NCBI GenBank assembly: GCA_028023455.1
Contig: JAQFVV010000001.1
Coordinates: 5,642,001-5,706,000, forward strand
Length of the DNA: 64,000 bases
Direction of reading: 5' to 3'
Source of the DNA: Epiperipatus broadwayi
Lineage: Eukaryota; Animalia; Onychophora
The position numbers and the translations under genes are program-made. Positions 62,234-64,000 of this stretch are shown here, piece after piece. Each line of letters starts with the position of its first letter. The stretch's first letter is position 1. The notes under the pieces were generated by a model that was not told the DNA's origin, made no database searches, and saw only the letters and a list, made by a program, of their open reading frames with translations.

Positions 62234-64000
62234 TTTTGTGAGTTCCAGCTCATGTTAGATGGATAAACATGTTTTGACCGATACAACGTGTAACCTTAAA
62301 CTGACTTCACTCTTGGTTTTCAAATTTACTAACCAAGTACTAATTTGACTTTGACATTCCTCGATACCATTACATGATTCCAACTTTATATTTTTAAACT
62401 CGCTTTTAAGAACATAAAATTGATTTTTAACGATTTCAAATTCTCCTACAATTTTAAATTGATCATGTACCTCTTTTTGAAATTCCACTGACTCAATATG
62501 AAAAAATTTTCATCTTCTTAAACTCATCAATTAAAGTTTTATACTGACCTTGATAATTCTGTCATACAGTTTGTATTATTTCCTCAGATTTCCGAGAGCT
62601 TATTCTAATTTCATCCAATTGACTCTGAAACATTTTCTCAGCTTTTTGTAAATTTTCATCTACTCTTTCAAACTTTTTTCCTTGGATTTTTTAAAATTCT
62701 CATCTATTTTCTAAAATTCTTCCTGATTTTTTAAAATTTTCATTAAATTTTTTATATCTTTCTTCAGCTCTTTTAAAATTCTCATCCATTCTTTTAAACT
62801 CTTTTTGAGATTTTTTTTCCTCAGATTTTTAAAAATTCTTCTCTACCTTTTTAAAACTTGATTTCATTCGACTTTGAAAGTCTAGTTTCACTTCTTGTAT
62901 CATCATTACTAGATGACCCAGCGCATTTTCAGTTATAACTTTTTCTATTTAAATTTCTTCTATATTACTCATACTTAAATTTATAGTTTCCTCCTTTGTG
63001 TCTACTCAATATATTGACTTTTCGTATCTGGTGACTGCAATTCTTGGGCCCTCCCAAACTGTCACAGATAATATCAAAATTTTCCATTTTAGTAATGGTT
63101 ACAAATTAATTGTAAGTTTTTCTATTCAATTATAATAATAAGGTATCCTGCCTCCATACCATCCCCAATTAGAATCATCCCAAGTTACACCAACAATACC
63201 CTAACCTATCCTACAATAATATAAAATAACAATACTTATATTTTCTATACAGATCTTGGTCCACAGAAATCTTTTAATAGAATTGATTAAAAATGATATA
63301 GATACAAATTTGGTAATCAGATAATATAGATTCAAATAAATAAATAATGACAATAATAAAAAAAAAAATTCAAAGAAATGTTTATAGACTGAAATATTAT
63401 TATGCAAATAACTATAATAGACTCTTATAGTGGTAATAAGATCAGATCATGCAATAAGAAGCATAAATAACTGATGATAATAAAAATAATTAACAAAATA
63501 ATTATTCTGGCAAGCCATACTGCTGGCATAAAACTTGTAAAGCATAATTAACAACAAAATGACTCCAATTGAAGCCAATCAAAGCTCGAGGCCTCATGTT
63601 GAGTGCCAAACTGTAAACAATAGAAGGGGGCATAAAGTAAAGGGGGAAAGGCAAGGAAAGCTAACTAAAACATCCTTCCATCCAATACAAATACTAATCA
63701 CAAAATGTTTTATCGAGACTCTACAAACAATCATCATTCAAAATATGAAGATGATGATATGGCTAAACTCAGTGGGGTTACTGGTTATAATCAATATACT
63801 ACAGAGATATATTGTAATAAAGTTGACTAGTTAAAACTATTAGGGTTCAGAATATCTGAGTTCAGTTAATTTATTTAAATATAATATTGAAGTTAAATGT
63901 AAATACCATATAATTATTACACAGATTAAATTAGATATAAAGTAACTTCTTGAATATATATGTGTAAGTGTATGTGCTTGTAAAATAATTAAGAAAGTGT

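Larger units (their letters stand above)
52440..63900 (-). mobile_element. Large degenerate Ty3/Gypsy element with nested insertions (boundaries approximate)
   Basis: Minus-strand order: coiled-coil gag (62255-63000, 58767-59270, 57988-58473), protease LDSGSQ (~57530-57545; ORF 57125-57451), RT thumb (~55870-56200), RNase H (55167-55868), integrase (54374-55140) and its C-terminal PKFVG.PYEII…TYNA tail (~52540-52694). The LTR-like region at ~63200-63900 was not delimited. Confidence 0.85.

Noticed and set aside
3703-63834. Most 60-90-aa hydrophobic or low-complexity ORFs in the track (e.g. 3703, 6555, 9720, 15734, 16372, 19351, 28674, 33064, 36596, 43914, 63201)
   Set aside because: F/I/L/K/Y-rich compositions expected from AT-rich DNA or LINE antisense strands; no motifs or splice support.

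Overview
Very AT-rich eukaryotic (invertebrate, arthropod-like) genomic DNA that is mostly transposable-element debris. One host gene is supported: a minus-strand TMEM272-like four-TM membrane protein with three phase-1 coding exons (45257-45316, 31129-31356, 18816-18997) separated by ~14 kb and ~12 kb introns; its N-terminal exon was not found. Mobile DNA includes: the 3' end of a well-preserved Ty3/Gypsy element (integrase plus 3' LTR, 1-2057); an internally deleted two-LTR Gypsy (~21625-24910); a large degenerate minus-strand Gypsy (~52440-63900) carrying a Merlin-like TIR element with a perfect 8-bp TSD and two nested solo-LTR-like inserts; RTE and other LINE remnants, including a near full-length LINE with an SGNH-like ORF1; and a Penelope-like element (PLE). 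The most interesting signal is non-coding. A dispersed short repeat family carries type I hammerhead ribozyme motifs: one copy with an intact core (3931-3987, minus strand), several decayed copies, and tandem, inverted and foldback arrangements that include long near-perfect hairpins. All calls were made by eye from the sequence; no searches or folding programs were run.
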